The position numbers were made by a program, and so were the translations under genes. Positions 13,812 through 13,970 of a stretch of 13,970 bases of DNA are shown here, one piece after another. The stretch's first letter is position 1; every line of letters starts with the position of its first letter. The notes under the pieces are model-generated. The model was not told the DNA's origin and did not search any database. It worked only from the letters and a program-made list of their open reading frames with translations. Source of the DNA: a virus (Duplodnaviria; Heunggongvirae; Uroviricota; Caudoviricetes); the IMG/VR virus record IMGVR_UViG_3300028361_000018; one strand, written 5' to 3'.

Positions 13812-13970
13812 AGATACACGAAGTAATAAATAAAAATCAACAGGAACTACAAGTTGTTAAGGATACTCCCAGAGAAACTGAGCTAGTTGATCCAAAAACA
13901 AAAGTTAAAACTATTGTTCCTAAAGATCCAAAGATGCCCGGCGCAATTGCCAAAGATGCCCAAGGCAAAC
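13808..13970 (+). CDS. 5' part of a protein with MKIHEVI leader (3'-truncated)
   Basis: ATGA overlap, SD GGAG; MKIHEVINKNQQELQVVKDTPRETELVDPKTK... open to the window end. Confidence 0.7.
   Translation, partial: MKIHEVINKNQQELQVVKDTPRETELVDPKTKVKTIVPKDPKMPGAIAKDAQGK

Noticed and set aside
6903-13832. TAAATA copies inside coding regions (6903-6908 minus, 9050-9055 minus, 13827-13832 plus)
   Set aside because: Expected by chance in AT-rich codons and not followed by an evident gene start.

Overview
This window looks like part of a large, T4-like (late-promoter-using) tailed phage genome, read in the standard genetic code. No rRNA, tRNA or CRISPR was seen. The host is probably an alphaproteobacterium, inferred from a Shemin-pathway 5-aminolevulinate synthase gene. 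Left part (1-4518): a tightly packed + strand array of 16 short, highly diverged paralogous genes sharing a W-x5-G-x4/5-W ... F-x7-F-x-[LIM]-x-[WF] pattern, with a near-consensus sigma70 promoter inside it; the pattern suggests an RRM/ferredoxin-like fold (inference). Middle (4542-9801): small membrane and hypothetical genes, YqgE/AlgH, an McrA-type HNH nuclease, a hemA-ybaN(DUF454) pair, and a compositionally mosaic tail-fibre/receptor-binding-like gene with its partner. Right part (9988-13970): a late module with a Pol-beta-superfamily nucleotidyltransferase, conserved hypotheticals, a holin-like protein and very basic small proteins; several start with T4 internal-protein-like cleavable leaders. 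From 4999 onward nearly every intergenic gap carries TAAATA (T4-type late promoter core). Three genes have it 4-6 nt before the ATG with no SD, suggesting leaderless late mRNAs. All family assignments come from motif recognition, not database searches.
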